Of a stretch of 64,000 nt of DNA, positions 43,461 through 55,998 are shown piece by piece. Position numbers and translations under genes: made by a program. The first letter of the stretch is position 1. Each line of letters opens with the position of its first letter. The notes under the pieces are model-generated. The model was not told where the DNA came from. It made no database searches and was given only the letters and a program-made list of their open reading frames with translations. Source of the DNA: the human T2T-CHM13v2.0 reference genome, Homo sapiens; NCBI RefSeq assembly GCF_009914755.1, contig NC_060929.1, one strand, 5' to 3'.

Positions 43461-45639
43461 GTGAGTATATTGCAACTTTTGTTTTAATGTTGTGTATTGC
43501 TCTTAGTGGGTTGTGAGACTGTGTTTTGCTCCTACATATAATTGTGAAAGTGCCAGGGCTTAGTAGATGTTTCGTTTTAGTAGAAGTCATATATTATTGT
43601 GTCTTCATTAGATCCAAATATAATCAGCTTATTGTCTTATAAAATAATACAGTGAATAAAAGAGTCAAAAATCAATATTGTTTGGGATAGGAAAACTAGT
43701 TGGAGATATAACATCTGCTTTTTTCAATTAATGAATACAGATTTTTTTCTCTGGATTATAATTTATCAAATTAATTTATTAAATTTCCTGGGTACCAAGT
43801 ATATAAGAAAATGTTAAAGTCAGGCAGGAAAACTATAGAATTAAAGCCTTATAGTATATTATATAGTAAAGCCCTATATAGTATAGACAGAAAAGTTTAG
43901 GGAAGGCCCACAATTGCAAAGAAAAGTGGTGGTCACGGAACAAGGGAATGTCATACAAATGTGGACACACACTGCGTTACTGAGCGCCACGTCTCATAGG
44001 TGAGAAGCATAACTCTAGAAGGTGAGAAATGAGAATTTTCACTTCCATCCTTCCATTTGTTGTGTGACTCTGCCATTTACTTTCCTTTTTTTGTATTTTC
44101 ATTTTCCTTTTAAAAATGGAAATATGAATTTGAATTTCTGCTCTATCTCACAGGTTTTTTGTGGGGATGCATTTAAAATGTTTAATTAGTAAATAATGGT
44201 ATTTCATCTCACTAATGTGTTATTTTTTTCTCCAAGTGGAAATGATTAAAAACATTTAAATTGTGTGCAGGTATATGGTGTCTCTTTTAGAAGTCACCTT
44301 TACCTTTTTTTCTTTAATTTTTTTTTAAAATTCAGAGTACAAGTTTATGTTTTCCTTGGTGTAAGGCTTTAACAGTTCCCACCTTTCAGCTGCCTGGGCA
44401 TTGATTGCTCACCTACCACTATGACTAGATATGATTCCATGTGCTTTTGACTAGATTCTTTGTCTCTTGTGTATGGAAAGTGAGACTTTAAGTAATAGTT
44501 ACTGCTGAGAGAAATAGAAGACGTGACAACGTTTGCTTTCCCATTCAGTAGTCAGCGGTTGAATGGAATTATCTTCGTTTTTGGACTGACAGATTTGTTT
44601 TACAATTCAGCTATTCCCAAGCCTTACTATTCAAAGCAGAACCCTTCTGTCTTCTTTCTGTAGTTGCTCTCTCTCCCTATATTCTGTTGTATTTTTTTCA
44701 AATAACTTATTACTATCTCAAGTAAAATTGTTTTATGTTTTGTTTTTATCTACCCTCTTAATCAGGGCAGGGATATGTCTGTTGTATATTTTACTTTTCC
44801 CAAATACATAAAGTTTCTGGGAATCTGCTGGTTATTTAGCTGTGGACCTTGATGGGTTTATCCTTACTTCTTAAGTGTATTGTTAACACTAATACTTGAC
44901 TTATGGAAAAGATTTGCAAAGTAAGCACCAGAGTATTAGGTTGACTTCACTTTACAAAAAAAGGCCATCTGAGTGCTACTTTGCCTTTCTTTTCTTTAAA
45001 ATTCCAACAAAAATTTTCGACCGGAAAAAAAAAAAACAAAAACAGCAGCAACTCCTGGATAGTTACAAAGATTACCATCAGTAGAAGAAATGAGGAAGAT
45101 GCACAGCAGATAGTATCAATTGGTGATGAAACCCGCAATTGCAGAGAAAATAGCAGCTCTCACAAAGTAAGTTTTCATTGCAGAAGCTGCGAGTTTCCCC
45201 AAATCAGAGATGGCAGGGAGTGGGAGAAGGAGCAGGACATTAGCATTTTGCCAGGTAATTGATTAAAGGGTGAAAGGAATGCCAAGCTTCTGGTTTCAAA
45301 AACTGTTTCTGGCCTTTGCTCATAAACTGTGGCCCCAGTTTCATTTTCTAAAGTTTTAGCTATGACAATGGAGCTCCTCAGAGTGGGCGTGGATATCAGA
45401 AAATTGGGTAATTATGGCCACTTTAAGGGCTAGCCCCTCCTCTTCCCAGAAAACAAGATGTTTATATACTCCATGTAAACCCTCACAACTGCGTCCACTT
45501 TCCACTGCTTCCCCTGCAAGGCAGGGTCCCACAGATTTATGAAATGAGAATCTACATTTACTGCTGAAGGAATAGCACTAAAAATGTAGGCTGAAGAAAT
45601 ACACTTTGTCTGCCAAAGATGTTCTGCCTAAACTCTCAT

Positions 45640-48450
45640 CTAAAACTTAGAGAAAAAGCAGTGAGAAAAAAGAGAAAAGCAACAGACGCAAGAAGACTGA
45701 GAGAAACAGTCTTTAATTATGAATGAGAAGGAAATGCTGAAAACTGATTGCATTTCCTTTAGAGAAAGTCTAAGAACATGTCCATAGGCTGCTGCTATGA
45801 AATTGAACCAGATAGGGATCTTGAAAATTAAAAATCCAATTGTATAAATAAACCCAGTAGAAAGGTGGAAATACTGGATGAACAAATAAAAGATCAATTA
45901 AGTTGATCCTAGAGACTGAATCCTAGGCGGTTGAGAGCATCATACAAAGGGACAAACAAATTAAAGATATTAGAGAAAATAACAAGATTTGGAGGATAGA
46001 GCCAGATGTCTCAATATGCGTCTCCTAGGACTTCTCAGAGGGGAGAACAGAAACAGAAGGAGAGAAGGTGATCAAGACATGACAGAAGGGAACTTTCCTG
46101 AGCAGAGAACACATGGAATATTCATATTCATAGGGGCCACCAAGTGTTGAGCGTGATTTTTGTGTACAGTCTCCGTCTCTGACACCTTCGTAGGAAATAT
46201 ACCTAAAATCAAATGAAACAGACTGAATATTAGAGGGATGGATAAAAATATTCCAAGCAATGCTGACATTAAAGCAGTCATGTAAGGTAAAAAATAATAA
46301 AAGCTTAGAAATGAATTTACATTATTGAAATGTTGATTAAAAGTATAGTTTGCCATGAAGATACTGCTAGTATGTACCTAAGAGTGTGAAACGATGTCAA
46401 GCAATACTCTTGGAAATCTAGGGGGACTGGCCAAATCTATTTTCGTCGTGAGAGACTTCACAATGTTTTTTAGAAAGAGAGAGCAAAAGCAGACAAGGGA
46501 TGGAATTGGAATCACAGTTCCAAATGGATAATTTATATACAACTGTTTGTAAACCACACACCTGGAGTTTGTTAAAATACTTTTCAAATGTATAAAAGTT
46601 GACTAGTAAGTGAACAATAAAAAATACCTACAATTTAATATGAGCTTTTAATAAAAATCCCCCTCCCTCTGCAAAAACAAAACCTGCAAAACTTACCTAA
46701 TAACTAAACTCACATAAGACACACAAAAAACCTCTCTTTGGTAACAGAGAAAATAAGAATTGAAATACTAAACTGTTTTGAAAGTAAACAGTAGGGCAAT
46801 ATTTATTAAAATCTTTAAGATATAGCCAATTCCTTCACTATTCAAAGGAATATGTTAAGGCCTTACGTGATACATTGTCACTTTAGAAATAAATACGGAG
46901 AATGAAGTGTTTAACTGAAAGAAAAAATTGATGAAAATGCAAACTTAATGAAATAGGAAACAAAGCAATTGATTTAGGACAATTAAATCTGATAGCTGGT
47001 TCTTTGTAATGCTAGTGAAACCAACAACTCTTTGGTAAACTTTGATTAAACAAACAAACAGAAGGAAAAACAGCACCAGGATTGAGAAACAGGTAAAACT
47101 ACAGTCAAGAAATTTCATAATTCACAAGTTCATATTCAGATGTGAAAATGTAAGTAGAATGGTCCATTTTCAAGGAAAACATGCTCAAATTGACTCAGAA
47201 CAATTGCTACAAACCTGAACAAAAAATAGGAAGAAATTTTTAACAATAGTTAAAGATCTAACACCATAATAAATCCGGATAATTTATAGGTGAGCTTTGT
47301 AAACGTTCAGTGAAAAACTAGTGTCTCTGTTATTAATTTTTTTGTTTCAGAACTTAGAAAATAAGGAATGTTTCCATTTTATTCTCTTAGGCTAGCATAA
47401 TGCTGTACCAAAATCAAATAGCATGCACACATGTTCTCAAGATTCAGGACTCTTGTGTTGTTAATATAGCTGCAAAAATACCAAATAAAATTTTAAGAAA
47501 TTAAATCCACAAATTTAGAGTACAGACAAATTATGCTTGAAGATTTATCTCAGGAATACTACAGCTGGGTCAGAGAATGTTGTGATCATTTCAATTCAGC
47601 ACGTAGTCCCAATTTCAAAAAATTGATGAGGTAATGGAAAAAAAATTTTAACTTGAGAAAGGTGAAACATTCAAAGTATAGTTATTACTGTCAAAAACAA
47701 GGCAAGCATGCTTTTTGTTTGTTCCATTTTTTTTTTTTTTTTTTTTTGTACTGGAGGCCTGAACCAGTGCAACAGAATAAATGCAGAAGAGTAGGATCTG
47801 TGAATACTAATAAAGAAAAGTTGAAATTGTCATTATTTCAGATGATACTACTAATGTAGAGAATTTAAAAGACTCAGAGTTGGAATTAGAAGTAATAGAG
47901 CTTGGTAAAGTGCTGGCATATACAATGAACATATACATTGTACCGTTATTAACCTGTTAGAAAAGGAATGGAATAAGAACAACCCATTCTCAAGTGGCAC
48001 CTGAACCAGCAGATGTCTAAGAAAAGACCTGAAAGCAGTATACAGTGTTTCTGAGGAAAACTGAAACATTCCTTAAAAGCGTTAAGGAAGACCTGAGTAC
48101 ATAAACATGTTCCTGGATGAGAAGATTCAAAGCATAAAGATGTAAAATTTCCCCAAATGTATTTATAAATATACAGAAATATTCAAAGTCCCATAGATGT
48201 TTTCTATGGAAGAGCACAAGCAGATGGTTTATAGGGAAAAGTGTATGTTCAGAATAATACAATTTTTCAACAGGAGAAAACTGAATAAGGATTACGCTCT
48301 AACAGATATTCAGTAACCTACCCTGATTAAAGAAGTGTGGTATGGATACAGAAAATGACAAAGCAATGAAGTAGAAAATAAATTAAATAAATAAATATGT
48401 AAGTCCTTAAATATTCATACATGCCTTAGAGTTTGATAAAGGCAGAATTT
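45640..48450 (+). mobile_element. Highly degraded old L1 (ORF1/ORF2 remnants)
   Basis: A-rich strand with L1-like remnants (CATGTTCCTGGATGAGAAGATTCAA, TTGTCATTATTTCAGATGATA); approximate. Confidence 0.6.
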
Positions 48451-50114
48451 TAAAGGATCAGGGAAAGTTGTGCAATTCACTTGAAGGAGGTGTTGTCTTC
48501 ACAACTAAGTGTGAAGTTAACGCTGAAGATGTTTTTCTGCTTTGTTGGGAATAGAGTGCTTTTATTTATTTATTTTTTGGGTCAGATTAGCAGTAATGAA
48601 TGCTCAGTTACAAAGGCATAGCTCTGGATGATAGCCTCCATAAGAATGGAAAAGTAACTTTTTTTCTTTTTTTTTAAGGTTCCTTGTTTGCTGCTTTGGG
48701 TATACGTAATAAGCAGGGATCCTGGTCAGGTCATTTAAGCAAAGGGGATTACAGTATTTGGAAGCAGGCTTTTGGGTAGGTTATATCACAATGTAGATAA
48801 GCTACTCGATCACAGAATTTTGGAACTGAAAAATGGATATGGCTCACACACAGTGGCAATCAGAAGGTTGTTTTGGCTCAGGAGAGTTGGCAGTGTCCAG
48901 CCTTTCACACTTACCCGTGAACTGTCCTCCACAGTTGTCCTGCCCCTTTCTGTGGACTTCATTTTTTGAAGTGATGCAGTCTGCCAGCTTAAGTAGAGCT
49001 AATCTCTTACAAAATCTGTGATTCCCTGAGACATTTGGGTTTTTAAAGTTTGGTCTTTTAAGCTTCTCTTGAACTGGAGTAAAGATTTCACTAATATCAG
49101 TAAATGCTTAAGGTTAATTAAAAAACTTAAGTTCAAGGAAACTCTAATAAAACTTTTTAGGTGGCCTGAAAGTTGTATACATATACTTAAGCTACTTTTA
49201 GTTGAATTTTAATTCGTGTGGGTTGTCTTTTTATGCACATTTCACCACAAGCTATTCATAGTTATATTTTCATAAATACTTTTTGCTTTAGAAGGTTTTG
49301 AAATTTGTATTAATGTAGAAAAGCTTTAAAACCATAGTATAATATTCTTAATGTTACATTTATTTCATTAGGGCTGTCTTAGTTACAGCATCCCTTGGCC
49401 TTTCAATTTGAATTACTGGTTCTTAACTATTTTAGGAATTTACATCTCTTTGAAAATGTGTAAAAATTCCAAAGGTTTTACTTTCCTTATAAAAGTATGT
49501 GCTTCTCTGTCTGCTCGTGTGTGTGATGATCGGTTCCTACCCATATGTTCATACGCACACATTCCCGTACCGTCTCCCCTCAAGTCCATTGATGGATTAC
49601 CTGTAATCCCTGAACTCCCCAGGTTAATTACAGCATGGTTAAGTCTAGTGACTTTTCTGATAACCTCTTATAACTTAGGGATGCTTCTCTACTCCTTGTA
49701 AAATACATAGAGCCCAGATCCCTTATCAGTTATTAACTGTGCTTCCTTCCCCCATCTCAAAGCACTCTCTGGTGAAAATATGTGGGCCAAAGATTCATTT
49801 GTCCCATGCATACATAAAGAGGTAATAAAAGCCTTTCACAGCAAGTACACATGGTCTTTTGAATCCCCTGCCTCTGCCACCAATTTTTTTTTTAAAAAAG
49901 CAAACAAAAGTACCTTCAGCCTTCAATTTTTAGCTTAAGTATTGCAGACCTTTTTATCAGTAACTGACTGTATTGTGCACAATGGTTGAGTTTGGGGAAG
50001 ATGTATATGTAATTTTCTAAGTCCCTAATAAACCCTGATTTCACAGAAGTATGTTCTGGCCTTGTGTACGGTGAGCCAAATGACGTGACTTTAATGCTTT
50101 GCTCTGTTTCACAG

Positions 50115-50201
50115 GAAAAGTGAAACTGCTTCTGAAGGAACTCTGGCTCTGTGTAAACACAACACACAGACTACCTGGTGAAGGCAGCAGGTGTGTCCCA
50201 G
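50115..50201 (+). CDS. ICE1: ICE1 exon 11 (KVKLLLKELWLCVNTTHRLPGEGSRCVP-E)
   Basis: GTTTCACAG| ... CAG|GTGAGA; 87 nt. Confidence 0.95.
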
Positions 50202-52894
50202 GTGAGAGAGAAGCTTACAGAAACCGATTTCATATGTGAAAGTACAGAGCTTAACCATAGGCATAGCAGCCGTTACTTTTTAATAGCTCCTGATTCTAAC
50301 ATTGAAAGAATGAAGTAAACTAGAATGGGTACTTTTAATTATACAAAACTCGTTTCCCTTCAGTGTGAATGTTAATCCCAGTAAATACATTTAGCTTTCA
50401 TCAGAGAACCTTCAAAAAAAAACGAGAAGGTCAAGTAGCAGAGGCATATCTGGCAGGTGGAGAGGGGATACTTGAAGGATGCAGTTTCTTCTGAATCATT
50501 TCATGAATTTGATCAATCTGTGAGCACTTTAGCTTCGTTTATTTTTAGTGTAATTTATCAGTTCCTTTGGTTGAACATCTTGACTCTCAGAGTATCATGG
50601 GGGCATTCTAGCACATTCACAGTTATAGTCGATTTAGCTGTCCTGAGTAGAAGGGGAGCAGATAGCTGTCTTGTATAAGATTAAAGTGCTTCTTATTTAG
50701 CTTTTTGTCATTTTACTAATTTCTTTTGATTAGCTGCTGTAAATTCACAGGTCATTGAGGTTCTAAATCTATGGAAACCTCCACCTTATTTTCCTCTCAG
50801 GCTTCTAAAGACAGTTGGAAAAAATGTTAAGGGACAAGTTACTGATTCTTACTTATGGTGGACTCAGAACTTGTCGAGTGTACGGAGGCATATTTGATGG
50901 GGTTTCTTTAAGTAGATGTTTCCCTCAGTTCACCTGCCAGGTACCCATTGGTATTAACCACATGGTGCCCGCAACTCTTAAATTAGTCACCTCAGTTCAT
51001 AATTTATCAATTCATCTGTTTAGGCAGAAGCAACCAAGGGATGCTTTTTGGCCTTCTATATCAATCAGCATTCTATTTTAAGCATTTGATTTTATGTTGT
51101 CAAGCTGTTATTAAAAGAGCTGTTCTTCATTTCATAATCTAATGTTTGTATTTAAAAATATGCTTTTGAGGGGTAAATATATTACGTTAATTTTTCCAAA
51201 GTAGAAGGGAAAACATGGTATCTTTGGAATCTTATTATACCATAAGACATATTCTTTTGTTTTAACTTTTTATTTTCATATGAGGATGGTTACAAAAATA
51301 GTTCAGAGAATCCCCATGGATCCCTTAGCAGATTGCAGGATTTTTAACATTTTCAGTTACCAATGGTCAAAACCAGGACGTTTGGTACAGCCCTATTAAC
51401 TAAACTGTGAATTCCACAGTTTTCCCCAGGAATCCTCCTTTCTTTCCAGGATGCAGTACAGGAACCCACGTTGCCTTTAGTAGTCATCTTGCTTTCACCT
51501 CCTCCAGTCCAAAAGTTCCTGTTTTTTTTTTAATCTCTCATGTCTTTTACACTTTGGGAGAATATTATTTTGTAGAATAATTTTGTAGAAAGCCCATTGT
51601 TTTGGCTTATCTGATGTTTTCTCATGTCAGATTGAGGTTGTATATTTGTGGCAAGAACGTCACAGTGGTGCTGTTTCTCTTTGCTCAGGGAGTTGTTCTA
51701 GGGATAGGTGATGTGGATATGTATTATCACTGGGCTCTAACCTTGAGCACTTGGGTAAGGTGGTATCTGCAAGTTTTTATGTTGTAAAGTTACTCTTTTT
51801 TTCCTAATGAATCAACTTGAGAAAGATTCTTTAACATTGTGCAAATATTCTGTTTCTTTCCAGTTGTCACCTGCTGATTTTGGCCTACAGCAGTAGATCT
51901 TGCCTGCTATAATTACTGCTTTAGTGTTTGCCAAATAGTGATTTTTTATTTGTCTCATTCCATCTGCATTCATTAATTGGAATTCTTACGTAAGGAAGAG
52001 CTGTTCCTTATCTACCATTTATTACTTGTTTACATCAGTATAGTCTCATAGATATTTATTTTATTCGTAAATAATAATTCATTGCTATCCTTTTAGCTTT
52101 GGTGGGAGCTTGTTCAGATTGGCTCTGGGTCCTTCATAAATACTCCATTTTTTTTTGAGTTGTTTACTTCTGGTACCGCAAGATGTTTCCATCTCTGCTT
52201 GGATTTTCGCTTCCCAGCCCGATAATCAACCGCCTATCCAAGGAGCCCTGGATCCTCTATAAAACTTATTTTTAAAGCTGGCAAATATAATAAATGGTTA
52301 TGGAATCAAATGTTTTTGTTAATAGTACCACTGAAGTTCACCAAAATCAAGACCAGGATTAGGTTTTTATAGGAACTTTTCTGTTGCATTATCATACTGA
52401 GTATTCATAGACCTCGTCAGATCTTTCAGTTAGAGAGCATTGTACAGATTTGGCCGTGGGTAGGCTTGATATTAGTTGATTTCAAATCACTTTTTGGACA
52501 GAAAATAGTGTTCTGTATCAACCTATAGGCACAAAGTTGTTTCTCTGCCAGATTCTGCTGTTTGTATGGGAGGATTCATCCAGAGACCGAGTGAGCCAGC
52601 AAGGCCCGTTTTCATGGCTGTGGATGCCTTTCCAGCTGTGTCATCCATCCACCCACCGGTCCGTCTCACCTGTCTGTCTCACTTTTCTTACTGCAAGGCT
52701 AGCATACTTGTATGAAATGTATTGATTTTCTAGGATAATGTTTAGAAAGCGATTGGTTGCCTTTTAAAAAATTACTTGGACTTAATATTTCAAGCATTTT
52801 GAACTGTTGTAATAAGGTTTCTTTCTTTCTTTTTTTTTTTTAAGTTTTCTTGATATTGTAAATACCTGATACCTACTTTTGTTCCCCCACATAG

Positions 52895-53304
52895 AAAAAC
52901 CTGCCAAAGCAATCACCAGCTCCAGAGTGCCTGGGGAAGATGGTACGCTACCTCCAACACAGGGCAGCCCTCTCAGGACCTCAAATGTGCAGACATGCCT
53001 CACAAAACTGTCCATGGAGATAAAGGAGGACTTTTTATGTCAAAATGTGGAAAAACAGAGCTCCAGTGGAACAAATTGTAGTTCTGACCATGTTTTTAAT
53101 GAGAATGGAAATCTTGAGGTTTTAGTACAAAGTCATCGTGACGGTGGTAGTACTGAATTTGTTGATCATGATCATTTTTTTGATGAAGATCTTCAAGCTG
53201 CAATTGACTTCTTCAAACTTCCCCCTCCTCTTCTGTCACCAGTGCCCTCGCCCCCTCCGATGTCATCACCTCACCCGGGTTCCTTACCGTCTTCATTTGC
53301 ACCT
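52895..53304 (+). CDS. ICE1: ICE1 exon 12 (KPAKAITSS...PPPLLSPVPSPPPMSSPHPGSLPSSFAP)
   Basis: CCCCCACATAG| ... CCT|GTGAGT; 410 nt; lies within ORF 52879..53322. Confidence 0.95.
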
Positions 53305-54444
53305 GTGAGTTTTGCTCTCTGAATTTGAATTACCAAGTGGGTACATTGTCTATCCTAATATGTCCTTGATGCTCAAAGGATATTAGTGATATTCTTGCAC
53401 AGATTATTCATTTTAGCCAATTTTGTTAGGGGGTAACATGAGGTTTTTAAAAAGCATGCCACTACCCTTTGGATCAACATATATAATATGTACTTTTTCA
53501 CTTTGTGTTAGGGTTGCATTTTTGTTAGTCTTTATCCACAGCCAAATTACAAGTTTTCTATAGGAAGGCTGTGTCTTAATTGTTTTTATCTCTTGATATG
53601 GAATGACTGAATTAAACACATATTTGTATACATGGAGTTATATAGTGACAGGAAAATCCATGTATATAGCATCCATGCCCCTTAACCTGGTGTAGCCGAG
53701 TTTTCTACCTTTATTTGATGAATTCATCATCTTGTGTGTTTGCGGAATGGTTTACAGTAGTTTCTTAGGAAGTTAGTCTTTATGAAGCAGATGTATATAT
53801 TTTTGGCTTAAGGAACAGATATGTGTTTTGCTCCTGGAATCAGTTTCTTTCTTTATGAAAACACCATGTGTGCCTGTTATGTTCCAGGGACCAGGCTAGA
53901 CACTGGGTGTGCAGAGGTGACGAAAGATGCCATTGCCTCTCAGTGGGCTTCATTGTGTGGAGGTGGGAGCAGTAAAGGAGCAAACAGATTCATTGCTGTG
54001 TAGAGCCCTGCAGTGGTGGAAAACACGCTGCTTGGGAGCATAAAGAAAAGCAGCTCAGTCCTGAATGGAGGCCAGGGCAGGTTGCGGGGCAGGCAGGATT
54101 CTTCTGAAGATTCAATCCCCACACTGAGTTTTAAGGTGTGAGTGGGGTTGCTTCAGGTGGAGGAGCTGTTCTCACAAGAATGTAGAAGCAAGGGTGAGCT
54201 CTGTGTGTGGTAGATTCATGCAGGTGACACTGGGAAAGGCCATGTGCGTCCTCCCAAGGAGTTCCTACTTTATCCTGAAGGGGGAAATCTTTGATGAATC
54301 CAAAGACATAGACTGAAAGATAGATTTTTATTTGAAAGTTTCATTTCAATATGAATGAGTAGGGAGTGGGGGGATAGTCAGAAAATAGACAAGACCACAG
54401 GCAGGGTAGCGGCTTAATAAGCAGCTCGCTTAAAATATTTTTTC

Positions 54445-54735
54445 TTTTTTTTTGAGACAGAGTCTCACTCTGTTGCCCAGACTGGAGCACAGTGGCGCGA
54501 TCTCGGCTCACTGCAAGCTCCACCTCCTGGGTTCACGCCATTCTCCTGCTTCAGCCTCCTGAGTAGCTGGGACTACAGGCGCCCGCCACCATGCCTGGCT
54601 AATTTTTTTGCATTTTCAGTAGAGATGGGGTTTCACCGTGTTAGCCAGGATGGTCTCGCTCTCCTGACCTCGTGATCTGCCTGCCTCGGCCTCCCAAAGT
54701 GCTAGGATTACAGGCGTGAGCCACCGCGCCTGGCC
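54445..54735 (-). mobile_element. Young Alu (AluY/Sc-like)
   Basis: GCAAGCTCC...GGGTTCACGCCATTCTCC and TTAGCCAGGATGGTCTCG diagnostic segments; flanks CAGCTC(G/A)CTTAA. Confidence 0.95.
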
Positions 54736-55998
54736 ACAGCTCACTTAATTTTTGATACCTGAACCTAAGTTGTGGCATTGGTGTTAAAGAGGTGGGAACT
54801 GGTTTGAAAAATGTTATGAGGTCAAATGAGCAGCATTTGGTGACATTTTTAATGTGGCAGTTAGGGGAGATGGAGGAGTCAAAGATGTTGAAAAATAGCA
54901 AATATAAGAAGTGACCCTGTTTGGGAGAATAATGTATAGAATGTTAGGTATGAGGTATGCATGTACACAGGTGAGATACTGGAGGGAGGCTGTGGTGGTG
55001 CACAGACGTTCAGGACCTGCCAGCACTTGAGTGCAGTGGAAGTCATGCAGCTCTGATGTCATCCAGTAAGAGTATGGAAGAGGAGAAGATGGAGTCCCAG
55101 TCAGGACCCTGGGGAACCGTCCCTATGTAAGTGACAAGTAGAAGAAGTGTGAGGAAAGGAGATTGAAAAGAAGGGCAGAATAGACGAAAGCCAGGAGATG
55201 ATGGTACTCTGGAGTTCAAAAGAGGAAAGAATTCTTTCACTAGGAGCAAGTTGATGTCAGCAGCTGTTCATCTTCACCAGTCCACTGTTCTCTAACAGAA
55301 TAGAGACAAGGTGGTTGATGCTGTCAGTGCACGCCAAGTGGGCCACATGCTCTAGGCAGTTAACTCAAGAGGAGACGAGTTGGGGGTCAGGGAAAGGTTC
55401 TGGAGCAGAGGTGGCTGGAGAACGGGCTGGGAGGGAGAAAGCTTTGTAAGGGTAGCACAGGTGGGTTGATGACATCAGTCAGGCTGCAGCACTCTGTGAG
55501 GACATGTTGGGGAGGAGATATGTGGTGGGAGATACCCACAAGACAGCGTCCCTCCCCCCCTGCACAAGGCTGTACCGGGCACAAGTCAGACACACCAGAG
55601 AGAGAGGAAATAGAGGGCCGTGAAGCCAGAGGCCAGCAACCTGGGTCAGAGCCTTTGTTACTAGATGATGGGGAAGTAACAGTGTGCAAGTAGGAATGTT
55701 TGAAAGTTAAGAGAAACATAACCCTGTGTAGAGTGGGGTGTGACACTTGGAAGCATGTCTGTTATTGGGGGAGGTGTCTCTGCGGGGTGCTGGGCACCCT
55801 TAAGGAGAGAGCAGAACAGTGTTGGACCAAAGCTGGAGAACTCCCCACCCACCACAGAGATTCCTAGCCTGCCCCTGCTCAAACGTGATTGTAAAGATTC
55901 TTCAGGAAACGTGTACTTTTAAAAAATAATGCATTTAATTGATAGTCATGTTAATCTGTTGAATTAGTGTTTGACAAGTGTAATTCATATTTTTTAAG

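Noticed and set aside
44425-44512. Possible C/D snoRNA (ATGATT ... CTGA) in intron 10
   Set aside because: C box is degenerate and no terminal stem or recognisable guide is visible; an Rfam/snoscan search would be needed.
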